64,000 nt of DNA, taken from a virus. Taxonomy: Duplodnaviria; Caudoviricetes. Position numbers and translations under genes: made by a program. The stretch lies in IMG/VR virus record IMGVR_UViG_3300020148_000032; one strand, given 5' to 3'. Shown here piece after piece: positions 35,662 through 46,360 of this stretch. Position 1 is the first letter of the stretch. Each line of letters starts with the position of its first letter. Below the pieces are notes generated by a model. The model did not search any database and was not told the DNA's origin. It worked only from the letters and a program-made list of their open reading frames with translations.

Positions 35662-37701
35662 TTAGCCTCTTTCTTTCTCCATTTGCATAGACACTTCTAT
35701 TTTACCTTCTGAATTTAAAGAAAGTTCAATATGTTTACCAGAGTTTGAAATCATCTTTTGAGCGAGAGGATTAGAAACATTTCTGAGAATTATTCTTTGT
35801 ATTTCTCGGGCGCCGAATTTAGAAATGTCAGACAGTTCTAACAACCTATTAAGAATATCATCATTTACATTCTCAATAACAAACCCTTTCTTTTTAGCAC
35901 GCTCAAAAACAGTATTAAGTTCTTTCTGAAGAATTAACAAAGCAGTATCTTTTGATAATTCGTTAAAAATAATCATTTCGTCAATTCTGTTAATAAACTC
36001 TGGTTTGAAGAACTCGCTTACAGCTTTAGAAATAGTGCTTTGAGCGTCTTTTTGGCGTTGATTATATAATTCTTCAGTAGATTGAGTGATGAAGCCTGAG
36101 GGAGCTCTGTTAAGGTCTTTAATACCAAGGTTACTTGTCATAACAATAATAGAGTTACAAAAGTCTACTACTTCTCCATCCCCACCAGTCATTCGTCCGG
36201 CGTCAAAAATTTGTAAGAATGAATCCCATACTTGAGAATGCGCTTTCTCAACCTCATCAAGAAGTATTAATGAGTATGGATGCTTCTTTATAGCATTAGT
36301 GAGGACTCCACCTTCGCTATAACCAACATAACCTGGAGCGGCGCCAAAAAGTTTTGAAGCGTCAGCAGGATGAACATATTCGCTCATATCAAGTCTTACT
36401 ACGTTCATTTCTTCAGTAAATGTTTCTTTAGCAATATTAAGAGCTAATTCGGTTTTACCTACGCCAGTTGGACCTAAGAAGAGGAATGAACGCACTGGTT
36501 TCTTTTCATCATGAAGTCCGGCGGCGGAGACAAGAAGACTGTCAACAATTTTATCAATTGCAGAATCTTGTCCAAGAATTTTAGTTTTAAGGCGGTCACC
36601 AAGTGTTTCCATATTTGAATATTGAAGAGCGTTTATTTCTTGATAGTCATCTTGATGGGCTCCAAACCCTGGAAGTCCACTGGGAGAAACAATAATTCTC
36701 TTTGGGGAATTATTCCCATCATCTGGGAATAGACCGCTAAATATTTGGTCCATTACTGAATTCATTGGATCATCCATATTAGATGATTCGTCTACTTGGT
36801 AATTTTGAATAGACTCTAAAAATGAACCCTTATATTCCTCAAATACTTTTTTCACAACTTTTGTGATAGATTTTTGTTTTTTATCCATGATTGATTCGTC
36901 TGATGAAAAAATCATCAATCCCATGATTCTTTTAACAGCGTTAATCCAGAAACCTGGTGGAACGATTACTTTATCATCTACAAAGAGCTCTTTCATATTT
37001 CTTAAAGAATAAGAGACAAAGAGAGTAATAGTTTTCTTGTCAAGAACATAAGAAGAATCTTCGTATTTTGGAGCAAGTTCGTGATAAAGAGTGTTAATGA
37101 GATTTTTCTTTGACAAGTATAAATCATTAACATCAATGACTCTCCAAGAGCCCCATAATTTTGATTGGCCAGTATTCTCTGATTTAATGATTTGTACGAA
37201 AGAATAGACACTTGTTTCAAGTATGACATTAATACCTTTAGATATAGAGAATATATTTCTTGCTATTTCTGAACTTTCAGTAATAAAGCAGATTTCCTTT
37301 TCAGAACATTTGAGTTCTTCAGTAAGGATACGAATATATGTACGCCAAGTCCCGGGGATTCGTTCAATAACCTCTTGTTCGATTTCTGAAAGAAGAATCA
37401 TGTGTAGTTCTTGTTTGTCAGAAAGTTCAATAAAGCGGTCAATATTGTAAGCGAATTGCTCAATAATGTATGTTTTACCGGCGGTAGGGTCACCAAGAAC
37501 TATAGCATGTCCGCCGTCAGGGTCAAAAACTGACCCACCTAAATCATCAATGAAGTGCTGAACTTCAACTGGGGTTTCATCATAAAAAGATGGAGAGGAA
37601 ATAGGGTTGTCTAATATAAATCGTACCTTTAATGATTCAGTATTTTCTTCATCAACGCTTAATGCATTTTTGGGGAACGCTAGAGAAATAGAATCATTCA
37701 T
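35662..37701 (-). CDS. ClpA/B-like AAA+ ATPase with degenerate first domain
   Basis: GPTGVGKT, RLDMSEY, PGYVGY, LLDEVEKAH, FKPEFINRID, GAR. Confidence 0.88.
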   Translation of the reverse strand: MNDSISLAFPKNALSVDEENTESLKVRFILDNPISSPSFYDETPVEVQHFIDDLGGSVFDPDGGHAIVLGDPTAGKTYIIEQFAYNIDRFIELSDKQELHMILLSEIEQEVIERIPGTWRTYIRILTEELKCSEKEICFITESSEIARNIFSISKGINVILETSVYSFVQIIKSENTGQSKLWGSWRVIDVNDLYLSKKNLINTLYHELAPKYEDSSYVLDKKTITLFVSYSLRNMKELFVDDKVIVPPGFWINAVKRIMGLMIFSSDESIMDKKQKSITKVVKKVFEEYKGSFLESIQNYQVDESSNMDDPMNSVMDQIFSGLFPDDGNNSPKRIIVSPSGLPGFGAHQDDYQEINALQYSNMETLGDRLKTKILGQDSAIDKIVDSLLVSAAGLHDEKKPVRSFLFLGPTGVGKTELALNIAKETFTEEMNVVRLDMSEYVHPADASKLFGAAPGYVGYSEGGVLTNAIKKHPYSLILLDEVEKAHSQVWDSFLQIFDAGRMTGGDGEVVDFCNSIIVMTSNLGIKDLNRAPSGFITQSTEELYNQRQKDAQSTISKAVSEFFKPEFINRIDEMIIFNELSKDTALLILQKELNTVFERAKKKGFVIENVNDDILNRLLELSDISKFGAREIQRIILRNVSNPLAQKMISNSGKHIELSLNSEGKIEVSMQMEKERG

Positions 37702-37724
37702 TTATTGACCTCACTTGTTAGACA

Positions 37725-37780
37725 AACTTACGCTTAATGTTAGGTTGTTTTACTATTATACCGAACATTAAGCGTAAGTT
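37725..37780. promoter_or_regulatory. 17-bp inverted repeat enclosing a TATAAT box
   Basis: AACTTACGCTTAATGTT-22-AACATTAAGCGTAAGTT. Confidence 0.55.
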
Positions 37781-37800
37781 CTTTATCTAAAAAGTTTTTA

Positions 37801-38667
37801 TCAATTACGGATTTCCCAAAGGGTTTGGAATCTATTAAACCAACCAACTACTTCGATTAATTGATTATCAATTTCATCTTCGCGACTTTGCGGAATCAAT
37901 TTGATCATTTCGTCAGGTTCTGGAAGTGAAGTGATAGAATTTAATGCGTTAAAAAGGTTATAAAGATGCATTGAATCCTGAGGGGATAAGCTACCGTCCC
38001 CATCGCCTTCTACTTCAACTTCAATAAATTCACCATCTGCGCCAGAAGTCATATAGTCTGGTTGATCAGCCTCTAATAAATAGTCAGCCTGAGCTTCAAG
38101 CTCTGCACGACGTTTTTCTTCCTCAGCTTCATCAATCAATGCTTGTTTTGCTTTCAAAGCCTCTTCATCAAGCCTTCGCTGTTCTCTTGAATCTTCAACA
38201 ATTCTATCGATGATTTCTGAAGCATCTTTAGCATTTGAATCACTAGTTGCAGATGCAATCTGTTCAGTGATTCTTGGCAACTCTCTTTTGATATCACGAG
38301 CTTGCGCTTCAGTCAGACGAACTCGCGTCCCTTCTGGAGTAACTGCTTGAATTTCTTCAACTACTTTTGACAAGTCCATGAGTTGATAACTTCTTTGTGA
38401 AGACATTTCAAATTCAGTTTTTACATAGTCAGCCCAAGAATGATACCCAAGAGCTTTGTGTGCTTTTTGAGTGTGAGCTTGCGAAAGAAGAATGTAAGTA
38501 GCAGTAGAAGCAGAACGGATAGCTTCAGTGATTTCTTTAGCCTCTGCTTCATTCATTTCATATAATTGAAGGTCTCTAGAGGCTTCTTCAATCTCATCGT
38601 CAACTTCTTCAGATGGAGCTTCATAATCATCATCAAGCTCATCAAGAATATCTAGTATATCAGACAT
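37801..38667 (-). CDS. Hypothetical DNA-binding-like acidic protein
   Basis: ALGYHSWADY..EFEMSSQRSYQL HTH-like segment. Confidence 0.7.
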   Translation of the reverse strand: MSDILDILDELDDDYEAPSEEVDDEIEEASRDLQLYEMNEAEAKEITEAIRSASTATYILLSQAHTQKAHKALGYHSWADYVKTEFEMSSQRSYQLMDLSKVVEEIQAVTPEGTRVRLTEAQARDIKRELPRITEQIASATSDSNAKDASEIIDRIVEDSREQRRLDEEALKAKQALIDEAEEEKRRAELEAQADYLLEADQPDYMTSGADGEFIEVEVEGDGDGSLSPQDSMHLYNLFNALNSITSLPEPDEMIKLIPQSREDEIDNQLIEVVGWFNRFQTLWEIRN

Positions 38668-38700
38668 ATTAGTCTACCTTTCAATTTTAAATAAATACAA

Positions 38701-39381
38701 CTAATAAAAATATCGTTTTAAGAAAAAAATCATTGGATAAATAAGAGTTATTATTAAACTTGGGAAAAGAATAATAGGTACGGCAGGTATAGTGAATTTC
38801 ATACTCTTTTTATAAATTGCTATAAAAACTGCAATGATAAGGAAAAGAGAAATAATACTTAACGCTGTATACAGTATCCCATTTAGTCCAATGAGAGGAA
38901 AACTTCCAATAAGAATTAACATGAATGCTCTCCCGTCTGAAGCACCCATCAGTGGGAGAAGAACAAGCATAATTCCAGTGATTGCAAGTAGAGTAAAAGT
39001 AATAAGATTAGGTATTCCTAATACTATTGATGTGTAAACGCCCGCAATAAAGAAAAGAGAAATAATAGATATTTCTTGCGGCTTTCTTGCTACTAACCGC
39101 AATTTTAAATCGGTTAATAATGATTGAACTAAGAGATAAGAGACTGAACCAATAAAAAGAGTTGCTAATATTGAGGATAAAATACCCATTTTATTGTAAT
39201 ATAAGACAGATGAAAGTATGATGAAAAATGTTGAGATATAACATGCTCTTTTGTTGTAAGTAACCCAGGAAGTCTCCATAGAATTTTCAGAAATCCATTC
39301 TGGTACTCTTTTTAAAGAGTTGTGGTAAAGCAAAGTAACGAGCGCTTCACCGACCAGAATTGAAAGAAAAATCCATATCAT
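38701..39381 (-). CDS. Membrane protein, prepilin peptidase (A24)-like
   Basis: Multi-TM; TDLK and MGASD aspartate motifs; IPAVP. Confidence 0.55.
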   Translation of the reverse strand: MIWIFLSILVGEALVTLLYHNSLKRVPEWISENSMETSWVTYNKRACYISTFFIILSSVLYYNKMGILSSILATLFIGSVSYLLVQSLLTDLKLRLVARKPQEISIISLFFIAGVYTSIVLGIPNLITFTLLAITGIMLVLLPLMGASDGRAFMLILIGSFPLIGLNGILYTALSIISLFLIIAVFIAIYKKSMKFTIPAVPIILFPSLIITLIYPMIFFLKRYFY

Positions 39382-39414
39382 TATTGAGACTTCCTGGGTT
39401 ATTTAATTCATGTA

Positions 39415-40596
39415 TTAGTTTTGCGAGGGAACGGCAAGAGCGAATACATTATCGTTCACTTTTCCATTATCAAGAAGAGAACGAAGAACGATAGCTCCCT
39501 TCTGATCTGAGAAGTGGAATCTCATTTCAGGGGTAGCGATAGGGTTAAGAGAGCTGTTGATAATCTCTCGAACGATTTTAATTCGATAATCACCATCAGT
39601 CTCAAGTTCAGTTACGTCAACCTTCATTGTGTTATTTCCAGTCGAGTCACTTACAACAAGACCTTCTTTGCTAATCTCGAGGTAAATGTCTGTTTCTTCC
39701 CAAGCAAGTGATGAAACTACACCCATTGCTTTTTTGAAGTCCGAAACAACAAGATCGAAACTATTAGTTACCTTTTCGATAGAACTAGTCTTTAAATGTC
39801 CATAAAGAAGAGGCTCGAGTGACTTAAGTGAGAATAGAGCAAGTTTTCCATCAGTGAAAGAATAACCAAATTTTCCTGATTTTTCTTCAGTGACAAGAGT
39901 AAGTTGCTCGTTCAAGTTCTTACTTGGCGAAACAAGAATGGCTGATTGGTGTGTGAGGAACAAATGCGGGTTGTTTTCAATGAACTCTGCAGCCGAAGAA
40001 CGTGGAGTAAATTCCATAATTATTTCACCGAGTGAGTAACGGTCAGTTGCCATAAGGGTGATAGTCTTTTCCTCATTGTCAAGCTGAAGGTCAATAGTTT
40101 CAAGAACTGGCATGAAGCCAGCATTCTTTACATCACAGAGCTTCGCGAGTCTTTGAAGAGCATCGAAATATTCAACGTTATTTACATCACCGATTTCTTT
40201 AACAGTTGGCTCAGAGGATATACGTGAATCAAAAGTTGGCACAGTAAATCTTGAACCGGCACCTTTTACATCAAGAGTTGACTTCTCATTTGCGGAATCT
40301 TTCGAAAGAGTAATTTCCCCTTTGATATTTCCGAGAGCTCCAGCGAGACGTTGAATATAACGACCATCAAGAGCTAGTTTGAATGAATCTTTACCGTCAA
40401 GATCAACTGCACCTACAGAAAACGGAGCCTTCATAAACGAAGTAACATTTTCGTGAGTAAGGTAACCATTACCATCTTTATCAACATGTAACGCAATGAA
40501 AGCTTTATCATCTTTCATGTCAAAATTTTTAGTAACCCAATTGATCGCTTCAACAAATCCTTGAGCATTAAGCGATAGTTTCATACGTTTTCCCAA
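39415..40596 (-). CDS. dnaN: DNA polymerase III beta sliding clamp
   Basis: 393 aa; ATDRYSL motif. Confidence 0.75.
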   Translation of the reverse strand: MGKRMKLSLNAQGFVEAINWVTKNFDMKDDKAFIALHVDKDGNGYLTHENVTSFMKAPFSVGAVDLDGKDSFKLALDGRYIQRLAGALGNIKGEITLSKDSANEKSTLDVKGAGSRFTVPTFDSRISSEPTVKEIGDVNNVEYFDALQRLAKLCDVKNAGFMPVLETIDLQLDNEEKTITLMATDRYSLGEIIMEFTPRSSAAEFIENNPHLFLTHQSAILVSPSKNLNEQLTLVTEEKSGKFGYSFTDGKLALFSLKSLEPLLYGHLKTSSIEKVTNSFDLVVSDFKKAMGVVSSLAWEETDIYLEISKEGLVVSDSTGNNTMKVDVTELETDGDYRIKIVREIINSSLNPIATPEMRFHFSDQKGAIVLRSLLDNGKVNDNVFALAVPSQN

Positions 40597-40617
40597 CTTT
40601 CATTTTTAAAAATACTT

Positions 40618-40965
40618 TTACTGGTCAAATGGAGAATCATTGTCTCTCCATAAATCAAAATCTTCAGATTCATCCTCATGTATGAGGTCAATATCTTCTA
40701 ATTCTTCATTGTGTTCAATATCTATTTTAACTTCTTTAACAGTCGTTTCTTCAGATTTTTGAATATTTTTTAATGGTTCTTCTTCAATTTCAGAGGTTCT
40801 ATTATATTCACCTCGCGAAAGCTCTTTTATTAACTCTAATTTTAAACTTTGTGCGTTATTGATAATAGTATCTAATTCTGAAACTTTTGCTTTAGCTTTT
40901 TCAATAATGTCTTGAGTTTTATGTAAAGATTGAATTAATTCTCTTGCCTCTTCAAATTCATCCAT
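40618..40965 (-). CDS. Acidic hypothetical protein
   Basis: ORF in operon. Confidence 0.7.
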   Translation of the reverse strand: MDEFEEARELIQSLHKTQDIIEKAKAKVSELDTIINNAQSLKLELIKELSRGEYNRTSEIEEEPLKNIQKSEETTVKEVKIDIEHNEELEDIDLIHEDESEDFDLWRDNDSPFDQ

Positions 40966-43315
40966 TATATTCTCCCTTGTTTACATAAAGAATTACCTCT
41001 TTTGTTGTCCCTACATTTAAATTAGTACCTGGATCAATACTTTGTTCTATTATTACTCCACTTGGGAAGGTTGAATCATCTCTTTCATCAACACTTACAT
41101 GAGCAGTAATGCCAGAATTCTTAAGAACTGAAATCGCTACAGACGGTGGCATTCCTATCACTGAAGGAACTTCAAACTTATCAACACTTGTTGATTTAAT
41201 TGGAGTAAGAGTATCATCGCTTGATTCATAATTAAGAGGGATGTTTTCTTCACCTTCAAGAATCTTTTTCATGATAGTCCACCCACTATCGGCTGCAGCA
41301 TTATTAAACCATCTCGTTATTTGTCCCTTGTAAGAAATATAATCAATCTCATTAACAAGTTTATCCATGTCATACACATTAATATAAAGAGAATATTGGC
41401 CAGAAATCTGCGACCAAGCAAGATTGTAAAGCTGGTTTGTTCCAGATTTAGCAACAGTGTCATACCCAGGAACATCCTTCCCAATACCAAAAGCATTCGG
41501 GATCTCTCCAGATATATTAGCACGCATTGCTTGAAGAACAATACCAGCATCATGAGCGCTCATTACTTTACGACAACTATCGGAAGAACCATCATAGCTT
41601 TCTGGAACTTCTGGTTCTGTACCATCAGAATATGAATAACTCATGACTGGAGTGGGCGGACAATAGATTCCATCGTTAGCGAAAGTAGCAAAGGCTGCTG
41701 CCATATTCACTGGACTATTAGAGGTAGTTCCAAGAGTGTACGAAAGACTTCGTCCTCCAATTTCATCTGGCGCACTTAGTCCCACGCTCCTACTAAATTC
41801 TTTAATGTTTTCAACACCTACTTTAATAGTAAGTTCCGAGAACCAAGTGTTAGATGATAAAGCAGTCGCTTTTTTATAATCCATATAACCACCCTGAAGG
41901 GCACAACTAGAAGAGTTTTTAATTGAACCACTAGCAGGCATGTCGTAATCAGGGTCATATAAAGGACACCTTGAAGAGAAAGCTAGATCTTCTTCAGTAA
42001 AACCTTGATTCAAAGCTGTAGCAAGTGTGAACATTTTATATGTCGAACCTGTTCCAGTTGGATTAAGAGGAACATTAATCTCTGTTTCGCCATCGCCTTT
42101 ACCATACTCCCTATTAACAGAAATGGCAAGAACTCCGCCGGTTCCAGGCTGAACTACAGAAACAGGAGCTACTACTCGATGAGTGTTTGTAAAATTGGCT
42201 TCTAGAGTTTGATCAGCTATATCCATCACTTTTGGATCAAGGTAAGTGTAAACGTTTAAGCCGCCACGAGCAAGGATAGCATCCCTTTCACTTTGAGTAG
42301 AACCTAACTTCTCAGAGTTTTTCAAATAGTCAAGAACGTAATCACAATAGAATGGGTATTTGCTTGAGTAACAATTTCCATTCTGTTCAGCTTTATTAAA
42401 GATAAGAACTTGAGTATATGCAACGTCAGCTTGATGTTGAGTAATATCCCCTTGAGCTACCATACGTTGGAGAACTTGATATTGTCTGTCTTTCCATTGA
42501 GAGTCATCTTCATTATCAAGATTATAAAGAGATGGATTTTGAGCAGTTCCTATAAGAGCTGAAGCTTCTGATAGAGTAAGATCTTTAGCGCTTTTACTAA
42601 AAAAGTATTGACTTGCCGCTTCAATGCTGTAAACGTTAGGGTTTCCAAAAGAAACCGTATTAAAGTACTCTAAAAGAATCTCATTTTTAGTGTGATTTTC
42701 TTCGAATTGTAAAGAGTATTTTAATTCCTGTATTTTTCTTGCTATAGAATATTCTGTTGCTGATTCTGGGTCTTCAGAATCATAATTATAGAATTGCAAA
42801 TTTTTTACTAATTGCTGAGTAATCCCGGAACCCCCACCAGTTCCATATACTAATGAGCGCGCAGTTCCAATAGTGTCAATTCCGCTGTGATCATAAAACC
42901 TTTGGTCTTCAGTATCAATGAGCGCTCTAATTGCATAAGGGCTCACATCATCAAGAGAATCAAGAAGAATTCTATTTTGTGTCCAGATTTCAGCAAAAGG
43001 TTGCCCATTAATGTCATAAAAAGTATTTCTTTCAGCAATAGAAATAGTTTCTAGTTCGGACGGTAAGGATTGCCATGTATTGACAGTATCTTCAGAGACT
43101 ACAGCAGTAATCGAAAGGGCAATGATTCCCGGTATGGCAAAAATAACACCGCTTAAAACAGAGAGTAGAATGAAAGCAAAGAAGGCCAAAACTTTTTTAG
43201 CAGGCTCCGCTTTGGCCTTCTTTGCTTCTGAGTCTTTTATATGAAATCTGCTGAAGAAACTATGGATATTACTTTCTTCAAACTTAGATAACTTATATGG
43301 GATCTCAATTTTCAC
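40958..43315 (-). CDS. Class A penicillin-binding protein (transglycosylase + transpeptidase + PASTA)
   Basis: EDQRFYDHSG, GSGITQQ, RKIQE; STYK, SSN, KSG; C-terminal PASTA. Confidence 0.93.
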   Translation of the reverse strand: MKIEIPYKLSKFEESNIHSFFSRFHIKDSEAKKAKAEPAKKVLAFFAFILLSVLSGVIFAIPGIIALSITAVVSEDTVNTWQSLPSELETISIAERNTFYDINGQPFAEIWTQNRILLDSLDDVSPYAIRALIDTEDQRFYDHSGIDTIGTARSLVYGTGGGSGITQQLVKNLQFYNYDSEDPESATEYSIARKIQELKYSLQFEENHTKNEILLEYFNTVSFGNPNVYSIEAASQYFFSKSAKDLTLSEASALIGTAQNPSLYNLDNEDDSQWKDRQYQVLQRMVAQGDITQHQADVAYTQVLIFNKAEQNGNCYSSKYPFYCDYVLDYLKNSEKLGSTQSERDAILARGGLNVYTYLDPKVMDIADQTLEANFTNTHRVVAPVSVVQPGTGGVLAISVNREYGKGDGETEINVPLNPTGTGSTYKMFTLATALNQGFTEEDLAFSSRCPLYDPDYDMPASGSIKNSSSCALQGGYMDYKKATALSSNTWFSELTIKVGVENIKEFSRSVGLSAPDEIGGRSLSYTLGTTSNSPVNMAAAFATFANDGIYCPPTPVMSYSYSDGTEPEVPESYDGSSDSCRKVMSAHDAGIVLQAMRANISGEIPNAFGIGKDVPGYDTVAKSGTNQLYNLAWSQISGQYSLYINVYDMDKLVNEIDYISYKGQITRWFNNAAADSGWTIMKKILEGEENIPLNYESSDDTLTPIKSTSVDKFEVPSVIGMPPSVAISVLKNSGITAHVSVDERDDSTFPSGVIIEQSIDPGTNLNVGTTKEVILYVNKGEYNG

Positions 43316-43323
43316 TTTACACC

Positions 43324-44100
43324 TTAAAATAGTTCGGGATTAGTAAGATAAAGAGCGTTAAGATCGTCAACATCTTTCTTAGTATCCATAGCATGCCAGA
43401 AGCCTTCATGATAATAATAACCAAGCTCTCCAGCCTTACTCATTTCAGTAAGAGCTTCAAAACTAAAATCTCCACTTTGCGAATTTACTTTTGAAAGAAC
43501 CTTGTGATCACAAATAATAAACCCACCATTAATAAGTTCGTTCTTAGTATGTGACTTTTCAGAGAAAGAAAGAACTTTTCCTTTTTCGTCAGTTTCTAGA
43601 ACTCCGAAACGTTCGCTCTTATTAACAGCAGTAATGGTAGCAACAGAATTAGAGTTAAAGTGCTGTTCTTCCACTTTACTCAAGTCAACATCACTTAAAC
43701 TGTCTCCATAAGTGAGGAAGAACGACTCTCCATCGTTAATATATTGTCTTACAGCATTAAGACGTTGACCAGTAGTGGATTTCTCACCAGTTTCTACAAC
43801 GCGAACAATCCAATCTTCTACTTCATCATTATCTTCAATGTTCATTCCATATTTAGTGAAAACAACGCTCCTCTTTGAGAATCCGTAATCTCTAAAGTAC
43901 TTTTTGAACTCATCGCTCTTGTACCCAACTGCAAGAATGAATTCCCTATAACCCTGTTTATAAAAATGTCTCATAATGTGAACGATCACTGGATCTGGAC
44001 CAATAGGAACAAGAGGTTTAGGTATCATTTCTGTCTTCTCTGACAGTCTAGTTCCTGCACCTCCAGCAAAAATAACAACTTTTTTAATCTTTTGACACAT
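43324..44100 (-). CDS. rfbF: Glucose-1-phosphate cytidylyltransferase
   Basis: AGGAGTRLSEKT..PKPLV, LTYGD, INGGF, GFWHAMDT. Confidence 0.9.
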   Translation of the reverse strand: MCQKIKKVVIFAGGAGTRLSEKTEMIPKPLVPIGPDPVIVHIMRHFYKQGYREFILAVGYKSDEFKKYFRDYGFSKRSVVFTKYGMNIEDNDEVEDWIVRVVETGEKSTTGQRLNAVRQYINDGESFFLTYGDSLSDVDLSKVEEQHFNSNSVATITAVNKSERFGVLETDEKGKVLSFSEKSHTKNELINGGFIICDHKVLSKVNSQSGDFSFEALTEMSKAGELGYYYHEGFWHAMDTKKDVDDLNALYLTNPELF

Positions 44101-45172
44101 GGAGGAACTCCTTTATCTGTGTAGTAGTAATCTTATTAACATTGTACCCATTAATCCATTGTAAATACCATATAAATGTCTTATTAAGTATTTTTTCTTT
44201 TGTTTCCCACTCTGGCGCCCAATCAAAAGTTTCTCTGAATTTTGAACTATCGAGAGTGAGTATATTTGTTTCATGGAATTTCTCACCGTTAGAAGCATCA
44301 ATGATTTCTACTTTTAATTTTTCATGAGCGAAATCTGAGATTTCTTTAGTCTTCATGATACTTTCAGGATTAGGGCCAATATTGTAAGCTCCAGCGACAA
44401 CTGGGTTCTCATATTGTTCCTTAGCGAGGATTACATATGCAAAAACTGCATCAAGAACATGTTGATATGGTCTTACACTATCAAAGTTTCTAATAGAGAC
44501 GGAACTTTTGTTCTTCAATGCCCTTACAATGTCTGGAACAATACGATTAGCGGCAAAGTCTCCACCACCGATTACATTACCAGCGCGAACAGTTGAAAGG
44601 ATCTTCTCATTAGGGTCATTTTTAAAATACGATTCATTATAAGAATAACTGAGAATTTCTGAACAAGATTTACTTGAAGAATAAGGGTCACTACCCATTA
44701 ATTCTTCATCTTCTTTATACCCCTCTGATTTCTCATAATTCCGATAAACCTTATCAGTAGTAATATTAACGATAGACATTTTCTTTGGAGTTTTTCGTAC
44801 TCCTTCAAAAATATTTAGAGTACCCATGACATTAGTGAGATAAGTAGTATAAGGGTCCTCATAACCTACACTTACAATTGGTTGAGCCGCAAGATGGAAA
44901 AGAATGTCTGGTTCTTCAAAAGCGATAATATCTGACACTACTTTACTGTTAATGTCAAAATCATAAGAGTTAATACCCATTTCTTCGAAGTTCATTAATG
45001 GATATAAGACAGCTTCTTCTTGCTGGACTCCGATACCGACAACTTCCGCTCCAAGTTCATGAAGCAATGCCGCTAGCCAAGACCCCTTAAAGCCTTGGAT
45101 ACCAGTAATAACAACATTTTTACCTGCATAAAATGCTTTGAGCTCTTCCACTCTTTTATGATTCGAAAGCAT
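44084..45172 (-). CDS. rfbG: CDP-glucose 4,6-dehydratase
   Basis: GFKGSWL, HLAAQPIV, TDKVY, DPYSSSK, RAGNVIGGGD, RPYQHVLD. Confidence 0.93.
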   Translation of the reverse strand: MLSNHKRVEELKAFYAGKNVVITGIQGFKGSWLAALLHELGAEVVGIGVQQEEAVLYPLMNFEEMGINSYDFDINSKVVSDIIAFEEPDILFHLAAQPIVSVGYEDPYTTYLTNVMGTLNIFEGVRKTPKKMSIVNITTDKVYRNYEKSEGYKEDEELMGSDPYSSSKSCSEILSYSYNESYFKNDPNEKILSTVRAGNVIGGGDFAANRIVPDIVRALKNKSSVSIRNFDSVRPYQHVLDAVFAYVILAKEQYENPVVAGAYNIGPNPESIMKTKEISDFAHEKLKVEIIDASNGEKFHETNILTLDSSKFRETFDWAPEWETKEKILNKTFIWYLQWINGYNVNKITTTQIKEFLHVSKD

Positions 45173-45947
45173 TTAGCATCCTCTCATCCTCGGATTCTTC
45201 AACTTGACCATTTTTTTCATCATCGGTTAAGTCAAATAATTCGGGAGTTCTTGTTCCGTTAATTTTTACAGACACATCTGCAATTAAATGTTTGAATTTC
45301 GATGCGCCTGATACTGTAAGTTTCTCAGCAAAATGCGCTGAGGAATGATTACTTGTAAAAATTACAAGTAACGAATTAGAGTAGATGTGTTCAATGAGTT
45401 GTTCAATCATTGGAATATCTCTACGCTGGTCATATACATCTTTAGACCCTAAATTGTCAATAATATAAACTGAATATTGTTTATCTAGTGCTTTCTCAAA
45501 CTTAGCTCTACCCTCAAACCCTGTTGATGCATAATGAAGAAGTAAATTCTCATTAAGAAGTTTCACTCTAGAAGGGGTCGTTAGCCCAGCTCCTATGAAT
45601 TTTCTCACTGTAGCATAGGCTAAATAAGTTTTTCCAGATCCAGGGTCACCAAAGATAAAGAAGTTACTCTTTCCCTTATCTTTTATCATGTCAAGGATAG
45701 TTTTTGCAGCTGGGTTATCTATCTTTGAAAGTGAAGCTCCCCGCCAACGCTCAGGTACTTCAGAATCCCAAATTTTAAGGTTAGTAGCGCGTTCTCTAAG
45801 AGTCTTCTCTCTCTCAACTCTTTCATAAGTTTCGTTCATTGAATTCTGGAATTCATGGAAAGATTCATAATTAGTTTCGTTATGAATGATTTCTATTGGC
45901 TCTTCAGAATCATCAGCACTGAATAGTGAGCTTTCTTCAAAAGTCAT
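45156..45947 (-). CDS. DnaC/IstB-like helicase loader ATPase
   Basis: GDPGSGKT, IIDNLG, FTSN; near dnaB. Confidence 0.8.
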   Translation of the reverse strand: MTFEESSLFSADDSEEPIEIIHNETNYESFHEFQNSMNETYERVEREKTLRERATNLKIWDSEVPERWRGASLSKIDNPAAKTILDMIKDKGKSNFFIFGDPGSGKTYLAYATVRKFIGAGLTTPSRVKLLNENLLLHYASTGFEGRAKFEKALDKQYSVYIIDNLGSKDVYDQRRDIPMIEQLIEHIYSNSLLVIFTSNHSSAHFAEKLTVSGASKFKHLIADVSVKINGTRTPELFDLTDDEKNGQVEESEDERMLNAFES

Positions 45948-46351
45948 ATCCTTCCGCTCCTTCCTTCAATACGTTTCTGTGACGCTAGTTGGCCTTTGTC
46001 AAATTTAATTCCAGCAAGATCTAAAGTTGTTACACCTAAAACAAGTTTGTTTTCAAAGATATCGTTAATACACGCAACGTATTTCTTTTCGCTCCACTTT
46101 TCAGATAAAACTAATTTTATATAAAAAGTTTTGATTTCTTTAAGGAGATGAGAATTCGTTTTTGCAGAACTATTAAAATATTCTTTAAATCTTGTAAAAG
46201 GATGAACTACTTCTAAATATTTTGACAAGAATTTTTCTGATTTTTGTGAATCAGTCAAAAGTATTAACTCTTCTGATTCTATATTATCAAAGGAAAGACC
46301 CTCTGATCCAGACATAAGGGGATTACGCTTAATAGGTATATTTTGATCCAT
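45944..46351 (-). CDS. Hypothetical protein between dnaB and loader
   Basis: ORF, ATGA overlap. Confidence 0.7.
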   Translation of the reverse strand: MDQNIPIKRNPLMSGSEGLSFDNIESEELILLTDSQKSEKFLSKYLEVVHPFTRFKEYFNSSAKTNSHLLKEIKTFYIKLVLSEKWSEKKYVACINDIFENKLVLGVTTLDLAGIKFDKGQLASQKRIEGRSGRI

Positions 46352-46360
46352 GTTTACCCC

